From Verrucomicrobiota bacterium (GTDB lineage Bacteria > Verrucomicrobiota > Verrucomicrobiia > Opitutales > Coraliomargaritaceae), in contig JBCBZJ010000016.1 in NCBI GenBank assembly GCA_039815375.1, positions 1 to 64,000 of the forward strand: DNA of 64,000 nt, in the 5' to 3' direction. How positions within the stretch are numbered: position 1 is the first letter of the stretch; each line of letters begins with the position of its first letter. The notes under the pieces were generated by a model that worked only from the letters and a program-made list of their open reading frames with translations, searched no databases and was not told the origin of the DNA. Position numbers and translations under genes: made by a program. This document shows, in pieces, positions 39,603 through 51,029 of the stretch.

Positions 39603-41429
39603 TTGCCCCGAATCGCTCAAAGGTCGATTGAAGCAATCAAACACCAAGTCAACCTGGTGGATTTGGTTTCACCCTACGTCCAGCTCAAACGTGCCGGAAG
39701 GTCGTGGAAAGGCTTAAGCCCTTTCACTACCGAAAAGACACCTTCGTTCTACGTCCACCCGGATCGTGGCTTTTACAAGTGCTTTAGCACCGGCGAGGGC
39801 GGCGATGCATTCAGCTTCGTCATGAAGATGGAGAACCTTGAGTTCATTGAGGCCATCGAGTTTATCGCCAAGAAGTTCAATATAAATCTAGAATACGAAG
39901 AAGGCGGCCCTTCACGCGAAGAGATGTCGCTGCGCAAGCAGATTTTCGAGCTTCACGAGATTGCATGCGACTGGTTCCACCGTCAATTGGTCGAATCTGC
40001 CGAGGCTGCACCGGTCCGCACGTACTGGAGAGAGCAGCGAGGTTTCACCGGTGAAGTTGCGAAGGAATTCAAGATTGGATATGCACCTGCAGCGCAAAAC
40101 GCTTTCGCACTTCATTGTAAAGAACGTGGTGTCTCTATCGCCGCGATGCATCAATCCGGCCTCTTCTTCGCTCGAGACCGTGAACAGGAACATACTTATT
40201 TTAAATCACGCTTTCGCGGCCGGCTGATGATTCCTATCCGCGACGTGCAGGGCCGAGTCGTAGCCTTTACTGCACGCCAGCTCGAACAGACGCCCCAGGA
40301 CGATCCGGCTCGGGACGCGAAATATATTAACTCACCTGAGACACCGGTCTTTCACAAAGGCCGCATCCTCTTCGGTCTCGACCATGCCCGCACCTACCTC
40401 AAGGAAGGCGACAGCTTTCTTCTAGTCGAAGGCCAGCTCGATGCTATCCGCTGTTGGACTGTCGGGCTGCACACCGCAGTTGCACCGCAGGGCACAGCCA
40501 TAACAGACGAGCAACTCGCCCTCCTCCGCCGCTACGAACCTTCCAGCGTCGAGTGTCTTCTGGACGGTGATTCTGCAGGCCGCAAGGCTGCGATCCGAGC
40601 ACTTCCCCTAGCCTTCAAAGCAAGCCTCGAATTCCGCTACCTTCTATTGCCGGAAAAAGTCGATCCGGACGACCTCCTCCGTGAAAAAGGTGCCGCTGCA
40701 CTCGAAACACTTAGAAAGACCTCCAAAAATGGAATCGAGCTGAGTATAGCGGACAGCTTACCCGAAGATCGAGAAGCCAGCACAAGAGACAAGACCGTCG
40801 CATTGCGCAATGTCTTTGAACTGTTGACTCATGTTACTTCTGAAGTCGCTCGAGAGGACTATATCCAGACTGCGTCCCGACTTCTGAATGTGGATCCGCA
40901 GGCTGCACTTCGGGACTACAATCAATTTGCGCGTCAAAAGCCCGTAGCAAATAGGGCAGGCAGCCCTGAAGATACCCAAGAAGGGAGCAAAGACCCGCTA
41001 TTGACACAAGCAACATGGGAACTACTTTGGCTCGTTTTACATCATCCGGAATACGCCATGTCTGTTTCGGAAATAATTGATTACGAATGGATTAATATAA
41101 ATTCACCAGCTGGACGCTTTCTTGCCAGATTGCTTGCCGAACTGCGCGAAGGCCTGATCGAAAGCAGTGACCAAATTGAAAATCTAATCGACAGTAGTGA
41201 AGACAGACAAGTTCTGGCCGACATTCATTCACGCGACTTGGAGGTCGAAGAACCAAAAGAACACATCGAATTCTGCCTCAAGCGTCTCTTCAGAAAACAC
41301 CACGAAATACGAATTAAGGAACTGGAACAAAAGATACTCAACGCTGACCCCGAAGAACAACTCAAGCTCATGAAAGAGCGCAAAGAACTTCACGCAGCAC
41401 TCTCCAAACCATTTGAAATCCAGATCTAG
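39603..41429 (+). CDS. dnaG: DNA primase
   Basis: [40 protein letters not shown]. Confidence 0.96.
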   Translation: MPRIAQRSIEAIKHQVNLVDLVSPYVQLKRAGRSWKGLSPFTTEKTPSFYVHPDRGFYKCFSTGEGGDAFSFVMKMENLEFIEAIEFIAKKFNINLEYEEGGPSREEMSLRKQIFELHEIACDWFHRQLVESAEAAPVRTYWREQRGFTGEVAKEFKIGYAPAAQNAFALHCKERGVSIAAMHQSGLFFARDREQEHTYFKSRFRGRLMIPIRDVQGRVVAFTARQLEQTPQDDPARDAKYINSPETPVFHKGRILFGLDHARTYLKEGDSFLLVEGQLDAIRCWTVGLHTAVAPQGTAITDEQLALLRRYEPSSVECLLDGDSAGRKAAIRALPLAFKASLEFRYLLLPEKVDPDDLLREKGAAALETLRKTSKNGIELSIADSLPEDREASTRDKTVALRNVFELLTHVTSEVAREDYIQTASRLLNVDPQAALRDYNQFARQKPVANRAGSPEDTQEGSKDPLLTQATWELLWLVLHHPEYAMSVSEIIDYEWININSPAGRFLARLLAELREGLIESSDQIENLIDSSEDRQVLADIHSRDLEVEEPKEHIEFCLKRLFRKHHEIRIKELEQKILNADPEEQLKLMKERKELHAALSKPFEIQI

Positions 41430-41466
41430 CTCAACCTTTTCAATCTCTTCCCAACAACAATATACT

Positions 41467-43485
41467 ATGCCCGCCGCGAAAAAGAAAACCGCCAAAAAGA
41501 AAGCGAAGAAAGCAGCTCCCGAGAAAGCTGTAAAAAAAGCCGCCAAGAAAGCGGTTAAGAAAAAAATTCCTGCAAAAAAGGCTGCGAAGAAGTCTCCCGC
41601 GAAAAAGAAAGTTGCTGCAAAGAAAACGACGAAAAAAGCGGCCGCTAAAAAGCCAGCAGGGAAAACTTCCGAAACCAAGAAAGCAGCAGCTCCTAAAAGA
41701 AAGGCCTCGGAAACCGAAGAGACTGCCGAGTCTAAGGAAGAAGCCGAGATCGAGCTTGAAGCGGCGACTAAGAAAGTCGCGCGTAAGCGTAAGCTCTCCG
41801 TCAAGGCTCAGGAAAAGCTCAATGAACGCATCCGTAGCTTGATTCGCCTTTCCAAGGAACAAAGTTTCCTGACTTACAAAGATATCAACAAGGCGCTGCC
41901 GGACTCGGTCAACAATCCGGAAGAAATTGAGAACGTCATCTCTATCCTTCAGAATCTGGAGGTTGAAATTCTCGACGATTCAGAAGTCGAGGCTTTTAAA
42001 GCCCGTCAGGAGGAAAGCGAAGAAAAGGAAGTGCGCAGTTCGCAGAATGACATCCTCGACGATCCCGTCCGGATGTATCTCAAACAGATGGGCCAGGTCC
42101 CCCTCCTCACCCGCGAGGAAGAAGTTGCCATTTCCAAGCGCATTGAAAAAGCTGAACTTCGTGCTCAGGACGCCCTGTTTTCTACTGCGCTGACACTTGA
42201 GTTCCAGAACGATGTCGTTCAGAAGCTACTCAACCGCGAAGAACGTTTCGACCGAGTCGTGCTCGATAAGAAGATCGAAAGTCGTGAAGCCTACTTCAAC
42301 AGCTTGCCCAAGCTGCTCGAAGAAGCGCACAAACTGGGTGACCGAATTTATACTGCCTGGGATAGTTGCCAGACGGCGAGCAGCGATTCCAACGCGAAGC
42401 GCGCGCGCACGAGGATGAAAAAATACGAGGACGAGCTCCGCAAAGTCCTGCGTAAATATTGCCTTAAACTCAAGTGCTTCGAGGAATTCCTGAACAACTT
42501 AAATCCGGTTTACCGTGAGATCAGCAACCTCTATGAAGACCTTGACGCTGCAAATCAGGTTTCCGCTCGCCGCCGCAAGAAAGTTGATGTCAAGGCGGTC
42601 AACAAACGCCTCGATGCCCTAAAAGTTGAATTCAAAATGGACCCGGCCGAATTCCGCGATATCATTCGCGAAGTTCGCACTGGTATGCGCGAGGCCCACA
42701 AGGCCAAGACTGAAATGGTCGAAGCTAACCTCCGTCTGGTTATTTCCATCGCAAAGAAATACACCAACCGTGGCCTATCTTTCCTGGACCTGATTCAGGA
42801 AGGCAATATGGGCCTGATGAAAGCGGTAGAAAAATTCGAGTATCGGCGCGGCTACAAGTTCTCCACTTACGCTACCTGGTGGATCCGTCAGGCCATCACA
42901 CGCTCTATTGCCGACCAGGCCCGGACCATCCGGATACCGGTTCACATGATCGAAACACTCAACAAGGTCATGCAGGTCCAGAAACAACTTCTTCAGGAGC
43001 TCGGCCACGAGCCGACCGCAGAGGAAGTTGCTGATGAAATGCGCCTCCCGCTTGAGCGTGTTCAGTCCATCATGAAGATGGCGCAGCAACCGATTTCTCT
43101 GCAAAGCCCGGTCGGGGATTCCGACGATACCAATTTCGGTGACTTTATTGAAGATAAAGGGGCAGAAAACCCCTACGATATGACGGCCTACAGCTTGCTG
43201 CGTGAAAAGATCACAGACGTCCTCGACTCCTTGACCGAACGCGAACGGCGCGTGCTTTCACTTCGTTTCGGCCTCGCTGACGGCTACTCTCGAACCCTCG
43301 AAGAAGTTGGACGTCAGTTCAAGGTGACTCGTGAGCGTATTCGCCAGATTGAAGCCAAAGCCCTTCGGAAAATGCGCCACCCGACTCGTATTCGCCAGCT
43401 CCACGGTTTCTTTGAGGGTGACATCAATCTCGAAAAGCCCGGCATGGACAGCATTAAACGAGAAAACGAAAAAGCTAAAAAGTAA
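41467..43485 (+). CDS. rpoD: Primary sigma factor with Ala/Lys-rich N-terminal extension
   Basis: [43 protein letters not shown]. Confidence 0.97.
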   Translation: MPAAKKKTAKKKAKKAAPEKAVKKAAKKAVKKKIPAKKAAKKSPAKKKVAAKKTTKKAAAKKPAGKTSETKKAAAPKRKASETEETAESKEEAEIELEAATKKVARKRKLSVKAQEKLNERIRSLIRLSKEQSFLTYKDINKALPDSVNNPEEIENVISILQNLEVEILDDSEVEAFKARQEESEEKEVRSSQNDILDDPVRMYLKQMGQVPLLTREEEVAISKRIEKAELRAQDALFSTALTLEFQNDVVQKLLNREERFDRVVLDKKIESREAYFNSLPKLLEEAHKLGDRIYTAWDSCQTASSDSNAKRARTRMKKYEDELRKVLRKYCLKLKCFEEFLNNLNPVYREISNLYEDLDAANQVSARRRKKVDVKAVNKRLDALKVEFKMDPAEFRDIIREVRTGMREAHKAKTEMVEANLRLVISIAKKYTNRGLSFLDLIQEGNMGLMKAVEKFEYRRGYKFSTYATWWIRQAITRSIADQARTIRIPVHMIETLNKVMQVQKQLLQELGHEPTAEEVADEMRLPLERVQSIMKMAQQPISLQSPVGDSDDTNFGDFIEDKGAENPYDMTAYSLLREKITDVLDSLTERERRVLSLRFGLADGYSRTLEEVGRQFKVTRERIRQIEAKALRKMRHPTRIRQLHGFFEGDINLEKPGMDSIKRENEKAKK

Positions 43486-43489
43486 CGCC

Positions 43490-43897
43490 ATGCGGACTTA
43501 CCCAATTACATTCCTCACACTTGTCACTGCACTCTTCCTTTCCGCTTGCGGTGGCAATGAGCAAGTCCGTATCACTGAAGGCAGCCAACAAATCGGTTCT
43601 TCACCGACCGGCACTGTTTACAGCACGAGCGAGGCGAGCATTGTTCACGTCGACGAAATCACACGCATCGCAACTTTCAGCAACGGCAACCAATTTGCCG
43701 AAAGCGCGTTCCTTGTCGTAAATGACCAAAACGGCCAACAAACCGGCCTCTTGAAAGCTATCCCGCAACGCGAAACGGGCCTGCGCACAGCAGATATCCT
43801 CGAAGGCGAACCAGGCATTAACGATACCGTCAGTCTTGCGTCAGAGGAAGAGAGCGCTAAACTTAGTAAAATATATCGTGACCCTGAAAGAGAATAA
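43490..43897 (+). CDS. Hypothetical lipoprotein
   Basis: ATG 43490, lipobox LSAC. Confidence 0.78.
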   Translation: MRTYPITFLTLVTALFLSACGGNEQVRITEGSQQIGSSPTGTVYSTSEASIVHVDEITRIATFSNGNQFAESAFLVVNDQNGQQTGLLKAIPQRETGLRTADILEGEPGINDTVSLASEEESAKLSKIYRDPERE

Positions 43898-43938
43898 TCG
43901 TATGATGGGTCTATCAAAAATCTAAACTCCGTCTTATC

Positions 43939-44211
43939 ATGACACCATTTGCTTTTATTCAAAATCTCTCCAGTTGGGAAATAGTTCTCATCTTTCTTGT
44001 TGTTTTGCTTTTCTTTGGTGCAAAGCGTCTGCCCGAGCTTTTCCGTTCTTTTGGTAAATCGATGAAAGAGTTCAAAAAAGCGACGACCGAGATCGAGGAG
44101 GACATTCGCTCTGCAATGGAGGATGAGCCAAAGCCCTCGACATCAGCTTCAAAACAGGTCGACACGCAAGTCGTCGCATCAACCGAAAGCGAAGACACCA
44201 GTAAAGCCTAA
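43939..44211 (+). CDS. tatA: Twin-arginine translocase TatA/E subunit
   Basis: LLFFGAKRLPEL.RS.GK..KEFKKA. Confidence 0.93.
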   Translation: MTPFAFIQNLSSWEIVLIFLVVLLFFGAKRLPELFRSFGKSMKEFKKATTEIEEDIRSAMEDEPKPSTSASKQVDTQVVASTESEDTSKA

Positions 44212-44237
44212 TTACCAAATCAGGTAACACTTTTCCT

Positions 44238-44267
44238 AAAGCGTGCTTCCTGCGAAGTGCGCTTTTT
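44238..44267 (+). terminator. Probable intrinsic terminator
   Basis: AAAGCGTGCTT-N6-AAGTGCGCTTT hairpin (with G-U pairs) followed by T-rich sequence after tatA. Confidence 0.6.
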
Positions 44268-44368
44268 CATTTCTTTAGTAGTTAGGGAGGCTTGCCCTTA
44301 AGCCCCCGAAATTCATTTTTCGAATGCGGACTGTGGAGTCCTTAGGGCAGGTCTCCCTCCTCTAGCCT

Positions 44369-46816
44369 ATGGAAATACGCCAAAAACTCCTCCAGCTTTT
44401 CGGAGCAAAAGATTACGTTCCCATGCGTCGCATGGAGATTGTTTCGGTGCTCAAACTCAATAAGGACCAGACGAGACAGCTTCATAGCCTGCTCGACGAT
44501 ATGCTGGAACGCGGCGAAATCGCGAAAGTCAAAAAGGATCGTCTTTGCATTCCTAAAGACGCCGACCTCGTCAGTGGCCGAATCGTTTTCAAACAAAGCG
44601 GGTCGGCCACCCTACTCCCGGACACACAGCCTGGACTAGGCATCTCGGATGGCTATCCGGTTTCAGCTGAAGATACTGGTGTTGCGATGCATGGCGATCA
44701 AGTGCTTGCACGGATCAACGAGCGACCAAAACGCACTTTCGGTCGGCGTGGGAAAAACCAGCGCCCGGCCCATGACCCCCACGCCAAGCCCGGTGTGCGG
44801 GTGATTCGTATTCTTAAACGCGCACGGGAGACAATTGTCGGCACTCTCGAACAAGGCCGACATGCCAGCTTCGTTGTCCCGGACGATCCGCGTATCATTC
44901 AGGATATTCTGGTGCAGGACCCGAGAAATTCCGGCCTGCGCCCCATTCCGAAGAAGGGTGACAAAGTCGTTGTCAAAATGCTCGAATGGCGGCAGCGGCA
45001 CCTGAATCCCGAAGGCGAGATCGTCGACGTGCTTGGGCAAACCCACGAACCCGACGCCGAGTTCAAGGCAATTCTCTATAAATATGATCTCGATCCCAAA
45101 TTTCCGGCGGCGGTCGAGAAACAAACCGAAGAAATACCGGACGCCGTTCAGCCTGAAGACATTGGCCATCGGAAGGACTGCCGCGAGCTCTTTACTTTCA
45201 CGATCGACCCGGACGATGCGAAGGACTTTGACGATGCGCTTTCGTTGGAGGAGCTCGGAGACGGCAAGGTTCGTATCGGCGTCCACATCGCAGATGTCAG
45301 CGGCTACGTCAAACCCGGCAGCCCACTTGATGTGGAAGCTCAGGAACGTGGGAATAGCACCTACCTGGTCGGCACCGTCATTCCAATGCTACCTCACGCA
45401 CTCTCCAATGGACTCTGCTCATTGGTTGAAGACCAGGATCGTCTGACCAAGACCTGCTTCATCACCTACAACGAAAAAGCGGAGATCGTCGGCGTAGAAT
45501 TTGCCAACACTGTCATCCGTAGTAACAAGCGCCTCACTTACGCGCAGGCCTACGCTTTCATGACAGAGGATAGTCTGGACGCCGTCCGAGCCACGCCACT
45601 ACCTCCAAAGCACCAGACCGGATCGACCGGGCGCCCGCTCACGGACCTGAACAAAGAGGAGATGGGCACGCTGCAATCTCACATTGGTCAGCTATGGCAC
45701 ATTGCCTCACAGCTTCGAAAGAAACGCTTCCGCAAGGGATCACTCGATCTCGAGATGACTGAGATCAAGATCTACGTCGACGAGGAGGGCTATGCCGACC
45801 GGATCGAAAAGCAAAATCACGACCATAGCCACCAGCTCATTGAAGAGTTCATGCTTGGAGCCAACGAGCAGGTTGCCCGCGTGATGAAGCGCGAGAATTT
45901 CCCTAGCCTCTATCGAGTTCACGATGAACCCGAAGAAGAAAAGCTTTCCGAACTCCGTGAAACCATGATCACCTTTGGTGTGCCTTGCGGCAACCTGACC
46001 AAACCACGCGAAATGGCCGCACTGCTCAAAAAGCTAAAGGACCATCCGCAGGGCTACACACTCAAGGTCCACGTTCTACGCAGTCTTAAACAAGCTCAAT
46101 ACCGAGCCAGTGCAGACGGCCACTACGGGCTTGCCAAACCGGACTACACCCACTTCACCTCTCCCATCCGTCGCTACTCCGACCTCGTCGTTCATCGCGT
46201 GCTCGACAACTACCTGCATAAAAAAGGCGCAGATTCTGCCCTCGCCGAACCCGAGGTCCGCTACACACAAAACAAACTCGATGGGCTCGGCGACCACCTC
46301 AGTATCACAGAGCGCAATTCAACCGATGCCGAACGCGAGTCGGTCAAAACCAAGCTCCTTGAATTCTACGAGCGTCAGCTGCAGAAAGACGATCAGCAAC
46401 ACTTCCAGGCCATCATTACAGACGTCAAAAACCATGGTCTCTATATCGAGCTGACCGATTCACTGGCATTCGGGATGGTCCATGTTTCCACACTCGACGA
46501 CGACTTCTACTATCCCAACGAAGACGGCAGCGCACTTGTTGGCCGCCGCAAGCGCCAGGCCTATGCGCTGGGCCAGCATATCATGGTCACAGTTGAACGT
46601 GTCGACCGCTTCAAGCGCCAGATCGACTTCCGCGTGGTTCACCCCAGTGAATCCGAAAAACCGGTCAAGAAAGCAGTGCGTGCCACTCGACCCTTCGCCA
46701 AACGCTCAAAGGGCCGAAAAGCGGAGCTCACCAAAAAGCTGAAACCGCGCAGCAAAGCTAAAAAAGGCAAAGTCCTGACCAAGCCTCCGAAAAAAATTAG
46801 AAGGAAAGAAAAGTAA
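44369..46816 (+). CDS. rnr: Ribonuclease R
   Basis: [25 protein letters not shown]1 domain, basic C-terminal tail. Confidence 0.94.
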   Translation: MEIRQKLLQLFGAKDYVPMRRMEIVSVLKLNKDQTRQLHSLLDDMLERGEIAKVKKDRLCIPKDADLVSGRIVFKQSGSATLLPDTQPGLGISDGYPVSAEDTGVAMHGDQVLARINERPKRTFGRRGKNQRPAHDPHAKPGVRVIRILKRARETIVGTLEQGRHASFVVPDDPRIIQDILVQDPRNSGLRPIPKKGDKVVVKMLEWRQRHLNPEGEIVDVLGQTHEPDAEFKAILYKYDLDPKFPAAVEKQTEEIPDAVQPEDIGHRKDCRELFTFTIDPDDAKDFDDALSLEELGDGKVRIGVHIADVSGYVKPGSPLDVEAQERGNSTYLVGTVIPMLPHALSNGLCSLVEDQDRLTKTCFITYNEKAEIVGVEFANTVIRSNKRLTYAQAYAFMTEDSLDAVRATPLPPKHQTGSTGRPLTDLNKEEMGTLQSHIGQLWHIASQLRKKRFRKGSLDLEMTEIKIYVDEEGYADRIEKQNHDHSHQLIEEFMLGANEQVARVMKRENFPSLYRVHDEPEEEKLSELRETMITFGVPCGNLTKPREMAALLKKLKDHPQGYTLKVHVLRSLKQAQYRASADGHYGLAKPDYTHFTSPIRRYSDLVVHRVLDNYLHKKGADSALAEPEVRYTQNKLDGLGDHLSITERNSTDAERESVKTKLLEFYERQLQKDDQQHFQAIITDVKNHGLYIELTDSLAFGMVHVSTLDDDFYYPNEDGSALVGRRKRQAYALGQHIMVTVERVDRFKRQIDFRVVHPSESEKPVKKAVRATRPFAKRSKGRKAELTKKLKPRSKAKKGKVLTKPPKKIRRKEK

Positions 46817-47403
46817 TTGAATACCGAGGATCCTTGCGCGCCTTTTCGACAACCTCAGCCTTCACTCTCGGGGTTAGGCAAATGCAATATAGTTTGAGAG
46901 GGTTTTTCTTAAGAATAGGACATATTTGTATAAAAAATGGGCGATGAATCATCACCGCAAAAGGTACTTCCTCCAAAGGCTCAATCGTTTGAACTCGAAG
47001 GAAACGACGTTTCAGGACGGAGCTGAGATTCTGTATTCTAAACGTCAATTCGAAGCCACCTGAAGAAAAGCTTGGTGGCGAGCCTCGCTTTCAGTTCGGC
47101 GAGTATGAGCATGTCCAATTGGCGGATGATACAACTGGACCCATTGGCAACGGGGAACAATTCCTCTACCGTATTATTGCACTCGCTTGCTGGAGCGGCA
47201 CCCAAGTCGACAACATCGACAATAACACGCCACTCGTAGCGCCTTCTTTGGCGCGCGCAGATGTCTGATTGGGACCGCAAGTTTTCGCTTTTAAAACAAA
47301 TGCCAACATCGCTGATCGAGGACTGAGATTGCTACTGAAAAGATAAATCCAGTAAGGTCCTCAGTGCGATTGCAAAATCTATGATTTTAAATTGTGTCAC
47401 CGG

Positions 47404-48507
47404 ATGCGTTTCACGAGCTTAGCATTAGTCTGTTTACTTAGCCTTGGTGTCATCGGTTGCCAGACAGCCAAAGATAGTCACAGAACCGATAAGCCATCCC
47501 CTGTTGTTCCCAAGTCCTACGTTTTCGGCTGGGGGGTGTTGCCATCTAAACTTGCGACTCCCAGCGGCGGCAACACCCTCGGCGCGAAGTATACGGCTTC
47601 TGAGCCTCAGGCAGTTGAAATCCCCGAAGATGCGACTGCCTTCGAAAAAGACCGAGCTGCGATTCTCGCCCTCGCCGGAAGCTACAAAGTTGACTTCCAT
47701 TTTATGGAGACCATGGGGCTCACACCAGAGTTTGAGAAGCGAGGACGCTACAACTCCTGGGGAACCGAACTTGTCGAAGTGCTCGAAGACACTGGAGATT
47801 TCATCAGCCTACAGCACACACTTGTAATGTTCTTCGATGAACCTGACATGCCATCCGAGCCGATGGTCATGAAACACTGGCGACAAGACTGGACTTATCA
47901 GGATAGCACAGTCTTTGCCTTTCAGGGCGATCTCACCTGGAAACGTAAGCAAATCAAACCTAAGGATGTCAAAGGTGCATGGACACAGGCAGTCTTTCAG
48001 GTCGACGACTCGCCTCGCTATGAAGTAGTTGGTCGATGGGTGCACTATGGCAATCTGAGCAGATGGACTAGTGAACTCGACGCTAGACCACTCCCCCGCA
48101 GAGAGTTTTCCCAACGCTCCGATTATAAACTTCTGGAAGGGACTCATCAGATTTCACTCACGCCAACAGGCTGGGTGCATCAGCAGAACAATCTTAAACG
48201 GACCAGCACGATGGACGACTCCGTCGTACCCGTTTACCTCTCCACCGAGATCGGTATTAACCGCTACACCCGTATCGATGAACCGGTCTTAACCGAAGCG
48301 GCCGCCGAATACTTCGAAACCGCCGGTGATTATTGGGCCTCTGTCCGTGACGTCTGGAAGGATCTCTTGAACTCACGAGACGAAATTGCACTGCTCAAAA
48401 CAGTCGATAACCGCCCGCAGTTCATGCCGCATTTCGAAGCGGCTACCAATGAATCGAGCACCACAGAGACCGCCCGCGAGATTATTGAGTCTTACCTGAT
48501 CGATTAA
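47404..48507 (+). CDS. DUF6607-like lipoprotein
   Basis: Lipobox VIGC; DRAAILA, KHWRQDW, QVDDSPRY, RPLPRRE, GWVH motifs. Confidence 0.75.
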   Translation: MRFTSLALVCLLSLGVIGCQTAKDSHRTDKPSPVVPKSYVFGWGVLPSKLATPSGGNTLGAKYTASEPQAVEIPEDATAFEKDRAAILALAGSYKVDFHFMETMGLTPEFEKRGRYNSWGTELVEVLEDTGDFISLQHTLVMFFDEPDMPSEPMVMKHWRQDWTYQDSTVFAFQGDLTWKRKQIKPKDVKGAWTQAVFQVDDSPRYEVVGRWVHYGNLSRWTSELDARPLPRREFSQRSDYKLLEGTHQISLTPTGWVHQQNNLKRTSTMDDSVVPVYLSTEIGINRYTRIDEPVLTEAAAEYFETAGDYWASVRDVWKDLLNSRDEIALLKTVDNRPQFMPHFEAATNESSTTETAREIIESYLID

Positions 48508-48510
48508 AGA

Positions 48511-48532
48511 AGCCGTATCAATTGATGCGGCT
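48511..48532. terminator. Hairpin between convergent genes
   Basis: AGCCGTATCA-AT-TGATGCGGCT near-perfect palindrome; no clear U-tract. Confidence 0.4.
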
Positions 48533-48623
48533 CATACTCAATCAAAACCCGAAGTCAGTTCGCTAAATGTGTTTTGGCATTTTGCGAACGTCATAGGTAT
48601 CAAACCTAAAGCCTATCCCCAGT

Positions 48624-50123
48624 CTAGATTATCTCTAAGCGTTCGAGAAACTGTCTGGCATTCGCCCGGTGCATTGCTCGCTTATCGTCGGACATACGCT
48701 GCCAGGACCGTGTCATCATGGAAAGCCGCGGGTTACTTGAAAAGAAGGCTTCGTGATCTCCAATGAAACTCCAATAGAGGCCATCCCAAATATGACACCA
48801 ATCACCTGCTTTGTAGTGCGACATCTTTCGAATGTAGTTTGAACCGGAAATATACGGCTTCGTCGTAAATGTGCCTCCATCAGCAAACTGTGACATTCCA
48901 TAGACATTGGGCACCATCACCCAGTCATACGCGTCGATGTAGAATTCCATGAACCAGTGATAGATCGCATTTGGATCGAAACGGCAAAGCAGCATAAAAT
49001 TACCAATTACCATGAGACGCTCAATATGATGACCCCACGCATGATCGATAGCATGTCGAATCGCATCGTCGACTGGTGGTATACCCGTTTCACCGGTATA
49101 GAAAGCCTGAGGAATACTGCGTTCGTGCTTCCAGTAGTTACCGTTCCGAATCTCCACGCCCCGGTGCTTGTAAATCCCATACATGAACTCTCGCCAGCCG
49201 ATGATTTGCCGAATAAAGCCCTCCAGAGAGTTCATTGGAATTTCGTTTTCTCTCGAAAATTTAAGTGCTTCATCGACGACCTCGCGTGGTGTCAGTAGGC
49301 CGACATTGATCATGGGAGAAAGCACCGAGTGAAAGAGCGTCCGATGCTCGAGATGAAGTGCATCTTCATAGGGGCCGAAATCACGAAAGCGATCTTTGAG
49401 AAAAGTCTCCAGCCATGATTTTGCAGCTGAACGCGTAACTGGCCAATTGAAGGATTCAATCGAACCGAGATTACCGCCAAAGTGCGATTCAATATATTCG
49501 AGAGCTTCGCTTACGTAAGCATTCGCCTGAATAGAAGGCTCATCGGGGAGTTTCATATCCTTCGGCACGCGTTTCCGATTATCTTCATCAAACGACCAAC
49601 GTCCACCCGCTGGTGAATCGCCTTCCATTAGGATGTCCAGATACTTGCGCTGGTCCTTGTAAAAATTCGCCATGAATGGACGCTTACGAACGGGTCCCGT
49701 ATGCTTGTCGAGCAACTCCCTATCCGAGATGAACGCAGGCGAGGTTTCGATAACGAGTTCAACTCCAAATTCATCAGCTACTTTATTCAGCCGTTTTTCC
49801 AGAATGAAATCATGTGGGTCGGCGATGTGTATGCGCCCGACCGATTCCTTCAGAATAGACTTCAGAACTGTCCGTGAGTCGCTCGCACCATCTTTTGGGC
49901 AGTCAATATAGTGAACCTCGTAGCCGCGACGCTCAATCTCAGCGGCGTAGGCTTTCATGCTAGCTCGATGAAATACTAACCGCTGCTTATGAACATTTAA
50001 CCTATGATGACGATCCGTCCCAAAGAAAAGCGGGTCCTCAATTAAGTAAACCGGCACTTCCTTCGAAAATGCAGGATGCGGGCTGAAAAGTTGATGCGGA
50101 TAAATAAGGCTTATAGATGACAT
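48624..50123 (-). CDS. Cryptochrome/photolyase family protein (PhrB-like, bacterial (6-4) clade)
   Basis: HKQRL, GGRWSFDEDNR, FGPYEDA, EGFIRQIIGWRE, HHIERLM, DAYDWVMVPNV, TKPY. Confidence 0.92.
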   Translation of the reverse strand: MSSISLIYPHQLFSPHPAFSKEVPVYLIEDPLFFGTDRHHRLNVHKQRLVFHRASMKAYAAEIERRGYEVHYIDCPKDGASDSRTVLKSILKESVGRIHIADPHDFILEKRLNKVADEFGVELVIETSPAFISDRELLDKHTGPVRKRPFMANFYKDQRKYLDILMEGDSPAGGRWSFDEDNRKRVPKDMKLPDEPSIQANAYVSEALEYIESHFGGNLGSIESFNWPVTRSAAKSWLETFLKDRFRDFGPYEDALHLEHRTLFHSVLSPMINVGLLTPREVVDEALKFSRENEIPMNSLEGFIRQIIGWREFMYGIYKHRGVEIRNGNYWKHERSIPQAFYTGETGIPPVDDAIRHAIDHAWGHHIERLMVIGNFMLLCRFDPNAIYHWFMEFYIDAYDWVMVPNVYGMSQFADGGTFTTKPYISGSNYIRKMSHYKAGDWCHIWDGLYWSFIGDHEAFFSSNPRLSMMTRSWQRMSDDKRAMHRANARQFLERLEII

Positions 50124-50368
50124 AGCAATCTGCCGAATAACCTTCGACTATAACGGAACGCTTCGATTCGTAAAACTTTACAAAAAGGAGCATACGCTAC
50201 TTGTAGTTAAAAAAGTCGCCTCCCAGGCAACGCAGCTCCGTCCAAGATCGTGCAATCTCTCGAAACGCCCCACCAAATCCCCCGACATGCAAAACCTTAG
50301 AGCGCGAAGCTAGTGCATACATCATTTCATTTTACCTCGTTCAGATTTAATTCTTACTAGAATGCATA

Positions 50369-51028
50369 ATGTCCAAAGCTCTCTCTACCATCGAAGAAGT
50401 CATCCGTGCACGGGTGACCGAGAAAGTCCTGTCCACCTTAGAACAGCGTGCATCGGTCCCTGCTGAAATCGAGGCCCGGAACCGTCCACTCGTCGAGTCA
50501 GCTATCGAGACCGCCGGCTGGGCACCTTTCCACTACCCACGAGATGCTGATCGTATCGCTGAGCCCTGGCGTGCGTATGCTCTCTGGAATGAGAAAACCC
50601 GCAAACTCGCTCGCTTTCTTTCCGAAGACCTGAAACTAAACAGTAAAGAACCGCAGCTGGCGGCCGCCTGCTCTGCACTTGTATTGGTGACGTGGATACC
50701 GGAAAAAGTCCCTGCATCCAGTAGCCAGACAGAGGATCCAGCCGTAATCCGCAATGAAGAACATCTCGCCGCCAGTTCGGCAATGGTTCAGAATCTTCTG
50801 CTTGCGCTTACTGCTTACGGCATTGGCAACTACTGGTCCAGCGGCGGCAAACTGCGCGGACCCGACGCATTCAACTATCTTGGTATTCCTGAATCAGAAC
50901 GACTACTGGCTGCTGTTTTTATTGAATATCCAGAGATGCGCGACGTGAAATATGGCGAAACAATACGCAAGCCCGGATCTCTTCGAACGAAGCGAAGCAA
51001 AAGCTGGGCTCGAAACATTCAGTTATAA
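50369..51028 (+). CDS. Nitroreductase-family protein
   Basis: AGWAP, EPWR, VQNLLLALTA.GIG.YWSSG. Confidence 0.85.
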   Translation: MSKALSTIEEVIRARVTEKVLSTLEQRASVPAEIEARNRPLVESAIETAGWAPFHYPRDADRIAEPWRAYALWNEKTRKLARFLSEDLKLNSKEPQLAAACSALVLVTWIPEKVPASSSQTEDPAVIRNEEHLAASSAMVQNLLLALTAYGIGNYWSSGGKLRGPDAFNYLGIPESERLLAAVFIEYPEMRDVKYGETIRKPGSLRTKRSKSWARNIQL

Positions 51029-51029
51029 A

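Noticed and set aside
41229..41862. Hydrophobic Phe/Ala-rich minus-strand ORFs
   Set aside because: Antisense of the Lys/Ala repeat of rpoD.
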